A stretch of 64,000 bases of DNA from Eledone cirrhosa (taxonomy: Eukaryota): contig OZ024740.1 in assembly GCA_964016885.1 (NCBI GenBank), positions 163,370,001-163,434,000 of the forward strand. Reading direction: 5' to 3'. Numbering within the stretch: the first letter of the stretch is position 1; the number at the start of each line of letters is the position of its first letter. The notes under the pieces were generated by a model, which made no database searches, was not told where the DNA came from, and worked only from the letters and a program-made list of their open reading frames with translations. The translations under genes and the position numbers were made by a program. Positions 1-19,273 of this stretch are shown here, one piece after another.

Positions 1-121
1 AAAAAGAATATATATGTATATATATATATATATATATATACAAAAAGTTATGAAACGAAAGGAGCTGTGTGGTTACTAAAAACAAGGTTTATGATGGTGG
101 TTAGGAGGGAACAGGAGGGAA

Positions 122-420
122 AGGAAGAAAGGAGTTTCCATCGTCAGCTGTAAATGTATCCCGAACCGATGTTTCGGCGCTGAATTACAGGGCATCGGTG
201 TAGTTCGGGTGCGCCCGAGGTCTTTTATTAACCAAACCTTTCCCTCTCTTTTCTTTTTCTCTCTCCCTTTTTTTCTCTCTTTCTCTCTCCTTTTCCACCT
301 GGCCTTTTGATTAATAAAAGGCCTCGGGCGCACCCGAACTACACCGATGTCCTGTAATTCAGCGCCGAAACATCGGTTCGGGATACATTTACAGCTGACG
401 ATGGAAACTCCTTTCTTCCT
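122..420. repeat. Fold-back inverted repeat (arms 122-231 and 311-420), probable PLE pLTR remnant
   Basis: 110-bp arms are reverse complements with about 2 mismatches; CT-rich spacer; short (TA)n on both sides; same layout as the PLE fold-backs elsewhere in the window. Confidence 0.75.
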
Positions 421-529
421 ATATATATATACAAGCCAGTATTGCCCCAAGAAAAATAAAACGTCAGCGTGTAGAGATTATGAATTTATTTGCTTTGACA
501 TATGTTCCTGTGTCTATTATAAATTGTCT

Positions 530-579
<50 letters not shown>

Positions 580-730
580 CAAAAGGATATTTAATTTGTT
601 TGTAATTCAACAAATGTATATATTTATAACTAATTCGAAGCACTCGACAGATTTTCTGGAGTATAATATCAATGATATTAATAAATGGAATGATATTAAT
701 AAATGGAAACTATATTTATAAAACCATATT

Positions 731-791
731 TATTCTATTATATATATTTCAAGGGTAACAAAACTTTGGTACGCTCTCATCAGATAAAATA
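731..791 (-). ncRNA. Minimal type I hammerhead ribozyme (PLE pLTR)
   Basis: Minus strand reads tattttat-CTGATGA-gagcgtaccaaagttttgttaccctt-GAAA-tatatata-atagaata; palindromic stem III; paralog at 11291-11356. Confidence 0.7.
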
Positions 792-1435
792 CAAAGTTTG
801 TTTTATAAATATTGACATATCCAGGAACGAGATCTTAACAGTTCAGGTTTTACCTGGATAGTAAAAGGAAAAAGGGGAAGAGAGGAAAAAAACAAATGTT
901 TCAAATTATTAAGATGAATATGCAAATGAGGTTGAGGTATAGGGCTGGAAAAAAAACGTTATTTTTAGACGCTAGGTAGATTTAAATAATTATTAGGATA
1001 TATATAAGTATGTATAGGAAGAAGAAAGAGAAAGAAAGAAAAGCTTGTATTTACGTGAATTTAAAAAGATTGAAATGTTAAGAATTAACAGTTTATTGGG
1101 TTGGTGGAATATGATTCCAGAATTTAAAAAATATTTAGCTAAATTATGAGTTATAATATTATATATATAATCAATTAGATTATATGAAGAATTATGGTTG
1201 TAAGTACATTTTATCTTATATTGCAACAGGTTGTAAGTATATAAATATCTATATAGATTAATAAGTGTATACATATAAGTATTATTGGTGATTATATAGA
1301 TATAAAAACACACTTATTAGTTTGTTTATATTTCTAATATGAGTTACGAAGGATGTTGATTTTACATTTTACATATATATTTAAGAAAAAGACGTAGTTC
1401 AAATCTTCTTCTTTTCCTATCTTCGAAGCATGTGG

Positions 1436-4131
1436 TTATATGACAGTTTCCCATTTCTTTACACAGTCCTTTGCATTATTATTAAATTCTTCGAGATCTT
1501 TTAAGCTGCACTGGTTGGGTAGTAGAAGGCAAACAAGGCAGTGCTGCATCGTATGATCCTGCTCTCCACATTTGCAGATGGTTGGGCCCAGGTCTTGTAG
1601 CCCCATCTGGCCATAGCAGCTTTTGATCATCGCCCCATTCCTGTTCTCAGGCGGTTGAGTGTCTTCCACTGGACCCATAGTGCTTCTGAGCCAGGAGGGA
1701 GGGCTTCAGAAGGGGGGGATTCCCATGTCAATAGGAGGGGAGTCATTCTCTAGCTTTCTAGTCCATAGCTGTAGTCTAGTTTGTTCCTGAGATGTTGTTA
1801 GGGGCTGGACATGGCTGAGGAAGCTTCTCCTTGACTTCAGTCGTTGGGCCGGACGTGAAGGAGGTGGCGTTCAGCACTGATAGCCTTTATGATCTCTACT
1901 CGGCTGGCAGCTTCCCGTCTCACATCTGCAGGGGCAATGCCACCGAGGAGATGCAGGTTGTTCGGGTTAGTAGGCTTCAGGCAACCAGTGATCAAACGGC
2001 AGGTGTTGTTCAACGCTGGGTCTAGTTTACTGGCATGGGTTGATCTCTCCCAAACAGGACACGCGTACTCCACAGAGGAATAGCACAGGGCCAAGGCAGT
2101 AAATATTAGCGTGTGTGCTGTAGCTCCCCATTTGGAGTTGGTCAGTTTCCGTAGGATGTTGTTCCGGGAGCTGACTTTCAATTTGGTGTTTTTGATGTGT
2201 TCCATGAATGAGAGGGTGTGGTCCAGGGTTACGCCAAGGTAGACAGGATTAGTGCAGTTTTCAAGTGGTGTTCCTGACCATGTGATGCTAAGAGGTCGGT
2301 TGGCTTCCTGGTTCTTGAGATGGAATGAGCAGGCTTGAGTCTTTGCAGGGTTTGCGTGTAGGTGGTTGCTCTCGTAGTAGAGGAGTAGCTCATCCAGGGC
2401 TGAGTTGAGGTTTGCTTCTACTGCTTCGAACGTACTCTCTTGGGATGTAACACAGAGGTCGTCAGCGTAGATGAACCGCTGAGTGTTCTGGTCCATTGGT
2501 TGGTCATTGGTGTGATGTTATATAGTAGTGGAGCCATCACACTACCTTGAGGTAAGCCGTTCCTTTGTCGTCGCCAACGACTTTGCTTGTTGTTCAAGGT
2601 AACATAGAAGCGCCTGTCTTTCAAGAGGGCTCCATTGAGGTCTGTGAGTGCCAGGTCTTTTGTCAGCTCCAAGATCTTTTTCAGGAGGAGGCGATGGTTC
2701 ACAGTGTCGTATGCGGCCGACAGAACAACAAAGATGGCTCCTGTTACCAGTCCTTTCTGAAACCCATCTTCAATGTGCTGAGTGAGATTCAGGAGTTAGC
2801 TTGTTGTGGATTTGCCAGGTCGGAATCCAGCTTGTTGGGGGATGATGGCTGGTTCAACAACTGGGGCCAACCTGCTGAGGATCAGACGCTCAAACAGCTT
2901 AAACGGGTGGCATAGCAGGGAGATTGGGCAGAAACTCTTTGCATGCGCTGGATCTTTACCCGGTTTGGGAAGAGCAATAATTCTGGTTTTTCTCCAAATC
3001 TTTGGGATGTTTCTTGTCAAAATGCAGTTGTTCATCAGCTCAAGGATCCATTTCCGTGTCAGAAGTCCAAAGTGCTTGATCTCTTCTGTGAAAATATTAT
3101 CTAGGCCAATGGCTTTACCAGTCTTAAGGGCATTGATGCTGATATTGAACTCTTCAAGCGAGAACGGCTTAGTCAGTCCGGTGGTTTGGGAGTACTGAAG
3201 TCGGTCTACCTTTGGTCTGGCTGTTTGGTGGTGGATTTCCCATTAAGCAACAGCTGATATGCAACTTGGTTGGCGGTGATGGTGTACTGCTGTTGTGTTG
3301 GAGTTGACGGGTCGTTGCTGATTTTCCGGATTAGACTCCATGCCTTTTTACTGTTTTTCGTCATATCAGTTGTCTCCAACAGGCTTTGCCATTTCCGTTG
3401 GCGGCATTCTGATAGGGAGGTCATGAGTCCCTCACCTACTTCGATGGTACTTTCAGCAAAGGAGTCAGATTCATAGAGCTGATGGTATTGCTCATATAGT
3501 TCGCTGCTTTGAGCATCGAGTCCAGGAATGTATTAAGTGCGGCAGCCTCTTGGGATGTTGTTCCGAGCTGCTTGGTGCACAAACTTGGTGAAGTTATTGT
3601 AGTTTTTTGGGTCCACTGGGAGGTGGGCAATCTTCCTTTCAAGATCTTCTTGGAAGCCAAGCCAGTTATCTTTCCCAAAGTTGAATCTTCTTCGGAATGG
3701 AACTGTGGCTGGGGTGATTACAGCATTGACTGTAATGCCAATGGGGCGGAGTTGGGTTTTTGGCAGTGGCTCTTGGTCAGACTGAGGTGATGGTAATTCC
3801 TCTGAGCTCAGCGGTTCGGACTTCGATGTTATTATCATCGTTCTTTGATGATGATTCGATGATTGTCCCATTTTTTTGCTAGCATGATGCTTCCATATTT
3901 CTCATGTGGTCTTTCTATGAGGGTGGTCATTCCTTCCACATGAGGGCGAGGATGTTTAGGTGCACGGTGGGTTTCTTGTAGGCAGAGAATGTCACACTGA
4001 TGCTCTCTGCAGAGTTTTGCAAAAAGTTCTTCTTTAGTTACAAATATTTAGTTGCAGATATTTAGTCATTCAATATTTAGAGATATGATGGTCAATGCTG
4101 GCTTTAGAGGCGGGCGTTGGCCTCTCTTCAT
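1436..4131 (-). pseudogene. Frameshifted APE-RT ORF of the LINE
   Basis: ORF-track fragments 3533-3871, 3206-3424, 2796-3035, 2418-2702, 1837-2496 and 1436-1678 are consecutive pieces of one polyprotein broken by stops and frameshifts. Confidence 0.88.
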
Positions 4132-4208
4132 GCTCCGGACTGGTAGGATACCGCCATTCGTTGAGCTTCTGGACATTGCTTGTCTTTCGGCTCGGCTTTG
4201 AAGTGTTT

Positions 4209-4280
4209 GGTAGAATTCACAAGTAAACGTGGGTATTACTTGACAGGGATCGCGACGTGAACGCTTCTACCTTGATCCCC
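4209..4280 (-). ncRNA. HDV-like (CPEB3-type) ribozyme at the LINE 5' end; catalytic C replaced by U
   Basis: GGGGAUC-AA-GGUAGAA-GCG-UUCACGU-CGC-GAUCCCU-GU-CAAGUAAUAC-CCAC-GUUUACUUG-UGAA-UUCUACC gives P1 (with G-U at +1), P2, P3, L3, P4 and J4/2 in HDV order, starting at the TSD boundary. Confidence 0.85.
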
Positions 4281-4804
4281 GTAGTTCAAATTATAAGAGA
4301 AGAACAATTTGTAGATTCAAATATTTTCATCCTACATTGAAAATATTTTCAGAACATTATTAATTTAGCGAAATACATAATTTATCATACAAGTTATTAT
4401 GTCTATGTTTGCTCGATTGTAAAGGAAAAGATAACTCCAATATTGTTTGTTCAACTATTAGATTAGATGAATAATTTTCTTAGAAAATGTGGAAAGTATA
4501 TATTATATATTATTTTGTGTGAGATTATAAGGTATTTTATATTACATGTTTTCAAGGATGAGAATTCTAAAGATGTGTGAAAAGTTTAAAGATTAAGGAG
4601 AGGAAAAATGTATGATTAGATAAATCGAGAAGAACTATCGTAAAGAGGATATCTTTCAGAATATCAATTAAAAAGTATCAATCTAAAACAATATATATAA
4701 ATCTAAAGAATAGATTAAGAAGAGTATCATTAGGAAAAGAATATCAATTGGTAAAAATACTAAATTTAAGAAGAAAGATCATTCAAAAGATTTTAAATTT
4801 GTTT

Positions 4805-6061
<1,257 letters not shown>

Positions 6062-6202
6062 ATATACACTCCGGAATACTGAAGGATCAGGAACTAAGTT
6101 TCTTGAACAATTCTTCCATAACTCGTAGAGTAACCTCTTACCGTACGTCAACCATATCCAGTGTAGTAATTAACCATCACTACATCTTGGATAATCTTTT
6201 AC

Positions 6203-11482
<5,280 letters not shown>

Positions 11483-11485
<3 letters not shown>

Positions 11486-12763
11486 GTGGAAAAGTAAGAA
11501 ATATGAGAACAGACCGTTAATACATGTTTATTTAAAACAGCACCTACGTACGTTTCGCCCGGATGGGCTTCTCAAGGGCATAAATAACTAAAAGTGCTCC
11601 TTACATGGCCCGGAAAGTGTTTTTGGAGATAAGTTCACGTCAGAGTTCATTCTTCGCAAAAAAGCGTTTCTTTGATTTTGCAATAGGTCAAAGGAGGTAA
11701 CTCTGGCCGGTGTTAGGGCAGTCTTTCCCGGACAATTTTTTTATCCGTTACAAGATGTGGTTACAACCTTACCATTGTCGATACATACAGGGTCAGGTAA
11801 GCAACGTTTGTTTTGAGACGTTTGTTAGCTACACCTGCCCGCCTGGGTCATTTGAAACTGGGTCTGGGATGCATGGTTAGTTTCTGGGGTGTTAAAACTT
11901 GTTGCAGGGAGACTCGGTATACCGTTTCACTCCTCATCCTTCTCCCATCAGAAGAAGGATATTTTTAAGCGATGTGTACAGCTTATCGTCGTTTCAGCTC
12001 TGCTGTTGATGAGCTCGTGGGGTGCCGTTATGATGTGGTAGAGCTTCATGAGGCAAAGATCGCACTTCATCTTGAAGTTGTACGGTGTAGCCCTGCCGAC
12101 AATATCCCAGTGCTTGGAGAAGCTGATGTTTAAGTCTTTTAATGGTGTGATGTAGTCCGCGAGCGAAGTGGAGTGTCTTAATTTTTTTTATTTGTGAAAG
12201 AGTGGAGATGTGTTCAGCAGAGCTGAAACGACGATGAGCTGTACACATCGCTTAAAAATATCCTTCTTCAGATGGGAGAAGGATGAGGAGTGAAACCGTA
12301 TACCGGGTCTTCCTGCAATAAGTTTTAACACCCCGGCGGGCAGGCGCTGCAAAAGACATCCGGAAACTAACCATGCATCCCAGACCCAGCTTCAAATGAC
12401 CCAGGCGGGCAGATGCAGAAAAACAAACGTCTCAAAACAAACATTGCTTACCTAATCCTGTACGTATCGACAATGGTAAGGTTGTAACCACATCTTGTAA
12501 CGGATAAACAATTTTTCGGGAAAGACTGCCCGAACACCTGCCAGAGTTACCTCCCTTGACCTACTGCAAAATCAAAACACGCTTTTTTGCGAAGAATGAA
12601 CTCTGGCGTGAACTTACCTCCAAAAACACTTTCCGAGCCATGTAAGGAACACTTTTAGTTATTTATGCCCTTGAGAAGCCCATCCGGGCGAAACGTACGT
12701 AGGTACTGTTTTAAATAAACATGTATTAACGGTCTGTTCTCCTATTTCTTACTTTTCCACGTG
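11483..12763 (-). mobile_element. PLE 3' fragment with ~520-bp inverted pLTR arms
   Basis: Arms 11483-12005 and 12215-12763; the spacer on minus encodes a GIY-YIG C-terminus (HWDIVGRATPYNFKMKCDLCLMKLYHII..LINSRAE..CTH); HHR in each arm. Confidence 0.85.
12669..12703 (+). ncRNA. Minimal hammerhead, U3-A8 variant (mirror copy at 11543-11577, minus)
   Basis: cc-TTGAGAA-gccc-atcc-gggc-GAAA-cgtacgtA-gg; palindromic ACGUACGU stem III. Confidence 0.65.
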
Positions 12764-12925
12764 CTTACGCTCTGCTAACTCTCTCGCCCACTAAATATTA
12801 ACACTTCTAATATTTAATACTGCCGGCACTAGTTTTGAGCACCTTCTGCATACGCTATTTGGCAAATAACTACATGTATCACCTATCCCTCCTTTTTTCT
12901 CTCTCTCGATACGTAAATACTCTCT

Positions 12926-13033
<108 letters not shown>

Positions 13034-13034
13034 T

Positions 13035-13118
<84 letters not shown>

Positions 13119-13157
13119 AATTAGTATATCTACTAACATATATATACAGATGCATAC

Positions 13158-13330
13158 CTTTGTTGGCGAAATTGGGTTTGTGATCTTTCAGGGTAAAGTG
13201 GGGAGAAATAGTGTCCAGAGGTTCAGTCCGATCCTGGATGTTGAGTTCAGAAGTGATTTTAAACCCAGCATCGTTGATGTCATTAATGACACTCCGATTC
13301 GTTTTCCGATACCCTAACGGATAGTACGAA
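13158..13330 (-). pseudogene. PLE (Neptune-type) RT N-terminal fragment
   Basis: Minus strand translates ..[43 protein letters not shown]; TLKDHKPNF is a PLE RT signature. Confidence 0.7.
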
Positions 13331-13982
13331 AAATACGCGGATAATTTACGTCTTGATGTGGTAGCTAAGTATATTTTATGTTTATACCATTACTTATTTG
13401 TATAGGTAGTATACCTTACCGGTATGTTTTGTAGGGGTACGTATACTTTTTCGTACGTATATATGCTTGTATTTGTTATAGGTGTATATATTATATTATA
13501 TATACTGGTATATGTGTATTTGCTTTTTTTTGTATATCTGTATTTTGTGTTTGTGTGCGTATGCGTGTATGCGTGTTTGCAAGTGTGTAAGGTGTGTATA
13601 TGTGTACATGGTGTTTTAGTCGACGTACGTTTGGTGAACATATGTGTATTTACCTGTAGGTATGTGTGTGCGTGCGTTATATACGTATTTATGTGTGTAT
13701 ATTTATATACGTTTATATAATTATATATATATATATATAAATATATATATATATATTTGTTTTATTTTTGTTTATTTGGTGTATTTGGTGTATACGTTCG
13801 TATGTGTGCGGGTACAGGTGTCGCGCGGATTTATGTATACGTGCTTGTATTGCATGCATGGCGGGTGTTTTTCGTATGCCTGTGTATGTACGTATATAGA
13901 TGCGTATATGTATATATTTAATTATTTGATTTTAATAACCTCTGTCATTTTCATTCTACTAATTCATGTACATTATTCTTAA

Positions 13983-14390
13983 CTCTGAAGCCGAGAATTA
14001 TTCGGTTTCCTAAATAGAATATTAGTGTACGACTTCATTTATACCATAAACATGGTTTTGTCTTTGTGTGTATTTTTTCTCCACGCTCCACAAAACGACG
14101 TTTTATCTTCGCTTTTTTCCGTTCATTTGCCAGGGAACGTCTTCACGAACCGAAGTATCGTCGTCCTGTTTTCCTTCGGTTGCAACGTTTTTCGAAATAT
14201 TTACTTCTTCGTTCACAGATTGACTTTTTTAGTTTCAGAAGATCCCGTTAAGGGTGAAAGCAGCGATTCTTTGCTTAAACTTGAATCTGTTATTTTAATA
14301 AATATTTGCTCTAGGGTTCTTATATATTTGATATATATTATCCTTATCGAGCCCTCTTTGGATTTTAGTCTTCAAATTTATTATTATTAC
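13983..14390 (+). mobile_element. pLTR family A copy with U4A hammerhead; other copies at 35462-35580, 35872-36120(-), 36155-36526, 46622-46735, 48820-49011(-), 49130-49632
   Basis: Shared sequence ...agtttcagaagatcccgttaagggtgaaagcagcgattctttgcttaaact... occurs in seven places, each copy ending at (TA)n. Confidence 0.75.
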
Positions 14391-14411
14391 TATATATATA
14401 TATATATATAT

Positions 14412-15778
14412 ATGAAAGACGTAAAATAAGAAAATTATAAAAATTAACTTACTAAAATTTCACTCCAACTAATTAGTTTCTGAAAGGGAATAAACATGAT
14501 TTCCGAATGGAACGCATGGAGAAGGCCTTTCGTCATCAGGAAGTCTATTCTCAGCTAAGTTCCCAGGCGATGCGTGGACACAGGGAACTTATACAGAAAT
14601 AATTCAGTGGATGGAAAAGAGCAAGCGTGGACTAAATTCCAAGACATTGAAAAAATCACTGCCTACTTGGTCGGTGGCAAATTCAAAAGAATCAATCACG
14701 TGACATCGAGGTTAATCAGTGAGGAGTGAGGTGTTAAGAAGACAGTGGCCGAACTATTACTATGAACTATAGTAGCAGTTTTGGCAAATTTTTGCTCAAC
14801 AAAATAATTTGGAGATAATTATAAAGAATTAGTATATCTACCAACATATATATACAGATGCATACCTATGCTAGCAAATATATAGGTTTTGTCTTAGTAA
14901 CTTTGTGGTTCAATGCAAGGGGATGCAGAACAATTATATGAAAGACGTAAAATAAGAAAATTATAGAAATTAAGTTACTTACTAAAATTTCACTCCAACT
15001 AATTAGTTTCTGAAAGGGAATAAACATGGTTTCCGAATGGAACGCATGGAGAAGGCCTTTCGTCATCAGGAAGTCTATTCTCAGCTAAGTTCCCAGGCGA
15101 TGCGTGGACACAGGGAACTTATACAGAAATAATTCAGTGGATGGAAAAGAGCAAGCGTGGACTAAATTCCAAGACATTGAAAAAATCACTGCCTACTTGG
15201 TCGGTGGCAAATTCAAAAGAATCAATCACGTGACATCGAGGTTAATCAGTGAGGAGTGAGGTGTTAAGAAGACAGTGGCCGAACTATTACTATGAACTAT
15301 AGTAGCAGTTTTGGCAAATTTTTGCTCAACAAAATAATTTGGAGATAATTATAAAGAATTAGTATATCTACCAACATATATATACAGATGCATACCTATG
15401 CTAGCAAATATATAGGTTTTGTCTTAGTAACTTTGTGGTTCAATGCAAGGGGATGCAGAACAATTATATGAAAGACGTAAAATAAGAAAATTATAGAAAT
15501 TAAGTTACTTACTAAAATTTCACTCCAACTAATTAGTTTCTGAAAGGGAATAAACATGGTTTCCGAATGGAACGCATGGAGAAGGCCTTTCGTCATCAGG
15601 AAGTCTATTCTCAGCTAAGTTCCCAGGCGATGCGTGGACACAGGGAACTTATACAAAAATAATTCAGTGGATGGAAAATTCCAAGACATTGGAAAAATCA
15701 CTGCCTACTTGGTCGGTGGCAAATTCAAAAGAATCAATCACGTGACATCGAGGTTAATCAGTGAGGAGTGGGGTGTTA
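14412..15778 (-). repeat. Tandem array of ~2.6 x 530-bp units, each with a hammerhead-like core on minus
   Basis: Identical ORFs at 14866 and 15396 fix the period at 530; CTGATGA-cgaa...ttcg-GAAA-(c/t)catgtt at 14493-14539, 15023-15069 and 15553-15599; dispersed relatives at 13114-13158 and 18843-19135. Confidence 0.85.
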
Positions 15779-15882
15779 TATTTAATATAGAAAGGCTTCT
15801 ACAGGACTAGAACTGTTTCATTCGGGAGAAATCATATATATATATATGTGTATGTATGTATGCATGTATGAATGTATGTATG

Positions 15883-16011
<129 letters not shown>

Positions 16012-17555
16012 TTTCTTACGTACAAATCTTATAATCTTCATAAACCAAAGTTATGTATTTCCTCTTCCAGTTGGCGGATTTGCATTTGAATGAAAGGTGA
16101 ACGTTTTTTTTTCATTTTAATCTACTTCGATTTATACAAAATATATATTTTGTAACTCAAATCACACGCCCATTGTCTTAAAAAGGAGAAGAACACATTG
16201 GATTGTGCAATCCTAGATTTACTGTTTCAGAAAAAAGGTATGATAATCATGAAAAAGATATGATAGCCTTTGATTATATATTTGTTAGATCAGAGCTAAC
16301 CCAGTGCTAAACACCACCAAAAATAAGTACTCTGTTTTTAGGTTTTATTGAAATGATTTCAAATTAAATTGGTTATATAATGAAAACTCCAGCTAAGTGT
16401 AAGATGTTATACATATTTGCAAACATTCCAGTCAATATTTTATTGTTTTTAAAGATATTCTCTTCCAATTGTTGCTGTTTAAGAAAAATAGTACTGAAGA
16501 CAAAAGTACCACGAGAGATAAGTAGTAAATGTATATCTACTCATAAAAGGTTAAGAGAGCAGTATATGAGTGCACACATATATAGGAAACCTTCATAGAA
16601 ACACACTTTTGTGAACTTGTCAGTGCATTGACATAAAGGCGTATATATATAGCCATTAAAGATAATGTAATCCTAGTATGCTCTCTAAAAAGACATGGTA
16701 GTCACGGTTGGGATGCATTTGATCATATACCTTATCAATTAAGGTTGACCTAAGGGTTAAAAACAACAACAGAAATCTTTATTAGATATACGACTTACTG
16801 GGTGAGGGAGTGATGGCTTTTTTTCAACTTCTTATCGCTGTGAAAACCGATATAAGCTCTCTCACGCTGTGCCACTTACTGATAAATAGTTGTGATTGAA
16901 AGGGAAATAAATATCTAAATTTATATATACAAAAATAAAAGAAATAAAAAATAAACAAATCTCATTGATTATGTAGTCTTTGAAGTTGCCAAACAAGAAC
17001 GTAAAAGACTGTCGATTGAGTGAATCAATTTGAAAATAACTACGAACCTATCAGATGTCTAAATGTCAGCAGATATACCGTATTACTCGGAACCGTTAGA
17101 CACGAGTGAAAAATAAAATTTAAAAAAAAAAAACAGGAAACGATAACAGAGAAACCCACTAAATGCTTAAAGATTTCATGAAAATAAACTTTAACACTGA
17201 TTGATGTTGGGAAATACTGAGCAGGCATAATAGCATTGTCAACAGCATATGAAAATAACACAACACTTGTGTGTTGGAGTGTATATAAGCATACTACACA
17301 GACACACAGACACACAGACAAACACATACACGCACACATACACATACATACTCTCTATCCCACTAACACACTTACATATAACTATATATATTTATATATA
17401 CATACAGTCGTGGATATAAACGAACGAAAAAATACAATCAACACAATGTGGAAGTGAAGAATTTATAATAACAGTTTGACTTAACTTCGTACTACCAGTG
17501 GTTTCAAGACGTAAACACGTCTAAATCATTTTCTCAAATTTAGTTAAGCTAAATT

Positions 17556-17592
<37 letters not shown>

Positions 17593-17693
17593 GAGAGAGA
17601 GGGGGGGGGGGGCAGAAAAAAGGGAGAGATAAGGAGAGATAAGAAGAGAGATAGAGAATAGATAGACAAGCAGAAAGCAATCACACAGAGACT

Positions 17694-17760
<67 letters not shown>

Positions 17761-17954
17761 CATGGTATATAAATACAACTAACATGAAGGTACGTTGAAA
17801 ATAATATCAAGCGAAGCACACATACACGCACACACAAATATACAGGTATGTTACATCTCTGAACACAATTTATATTTTTGATAGTTAGATATATATAAAA
17901 GTCTAAGACGACGTGAAACCTTGGTCAGCGGAGGTCCATAGAGAATAGCGAATG

Positions 17955-18190
17955 TGTTTTGCTGTATAAAATCTGGTACTCCGTCGATTACGACAATGAG
18001 TGTTCTAGTTGCTTCGGTCAACGTAACAGCCTGCTCGTGAAATTAACATGCAAGTGGCCTGAACATTCTACAGACATGCGTACCTTTAACGTAGTTCTCG
18101 GGAAGATCCAGCTTGACAAAGAATGTGACAAGGCTAGCTCTTCGAATTACAGGTTCAACTCATTTTTGTCAGCTGTGTGAACTGGAACAA
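17955..18190 (-). mobile_element. SINE family 2 fragment; relatives at 19575-19850(+), 20795-20890(-), 40655-40885(+), 58165-58350(+)
   Basis: Shared body (ccactcagct..agccagccttgt.aca..gagaactacgttaag..gtacg.gtctgt..tgctcagccac..cacgttaatttcac); other copies have a tRNA-like head. Confidence 0.65.
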
Positions 18191-18658
18191 GTCATGTGCT
18201 GTCACGTTTTGCTGTATACATACACCATAGCTGTATATACACAATAAACATTTGATGTATGAAAATAGTAAAACTACCAAGAATACTTACTTTAAATTTG
18301 TTATGCAAATAACTTCTCAAAAGAACTGGAATTTTCTAAATCAATATTAAAATAAAAAATTTAAACTTAACATATGGGAATGAGGTGCTATAGTAAATAT
18401 ACCAAAAGTACCTGTTTTGTACAAAGCGATTAGTGAGAGATCAATGAAATTAAAATGAACCAGTTCTAGAGTGACGGTTTATACAATGATACATAAATAT
18501 AGCTAATACGAACAGCCAGTTCCATAATTTACAACCCCAAGTTGTCTCACTACATATATATATCAGAATAGAACCAGTTTGAAACTAGCTAGGCCATTAC
18601 TCTATAGAGTATGAAACTAACTGTTGAAACGGCAAGAGCTCAGCGTCGGTCCCGACTC

Positions 18659-18844
<186 letters not shown>

Positions 18845-19160
18845 ATTAGTATATCTACCAACATATGTATACAGATGTATACCCATGCTAGCAAATATAT
18901 ATGTTATGTCTTAGTACCTTTGTGGTTCTATGCAGGGGGATGCAGAACAATTATATGAAAGACGTAAAATAAGAAAATTTTAAAATTAACTTACTTACTA
19001 AAATTTTCACTCCAACTAATTAGTTCCTGTAAGGGAATAAATATAGTTACGCAACGCAACTATAGAGAAGTCCTTACGTCATCAGGGAGTCTATTCTCAG
19101 CTAAGTTCCCAGGCAATGCGCGGACACTAGGAACCCATATATATATATATATATATATTT

Positions 19161-19200
<40 letters not shown>

Positions 19201-19206
19201 AAAAGA

Positions 19207-19269
<63 letters not shown>

Positions 19270-19273
<4 letters not shown>

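Larger units (their letters stand above)
1405..4280 (-). mobile_element. Full-length non-LTR retrotransposon, Ingi/Vingi-like (I group), APE + RT + C-terminal CCHC, inactivated
   Basis: TSD (c)gtagttcaaat at 1393-1404 and 4280-4291; 3' (GAA)n tail at 1405-1413; ATG at 4131 gives MKRGQRPPLKPALTIISLNIE (APE start); RT motifs PISLLCHPFKLFERLI, QQAGFRPGKS, GLPQGSVMAP, FIYADDL, YLGVTLD, ALCYSSVEYACPVW; C-terminal CKCG..HTMQHC. Clade assignment is from motif recall. Confidence 0.9.
600..4800 (-). mobile_element. Highly degenerate AT-rich PLE-like remnant interrupted by the LINE at 1405-4280
   Basis: HHR-bearing pLTR at ~700-800; similar AT-rich sequence on both sides of the LINE TSD; no clean protein motifs recovered. 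Confidence 0.35.

Noticed and set aside
14412-15778. CRISPR-like or tandem gene array
   Set aside because: Units are 530 bp with no unique spacers, the context is eukaryotic, and the 66-aa ORFs have no protein-like features.
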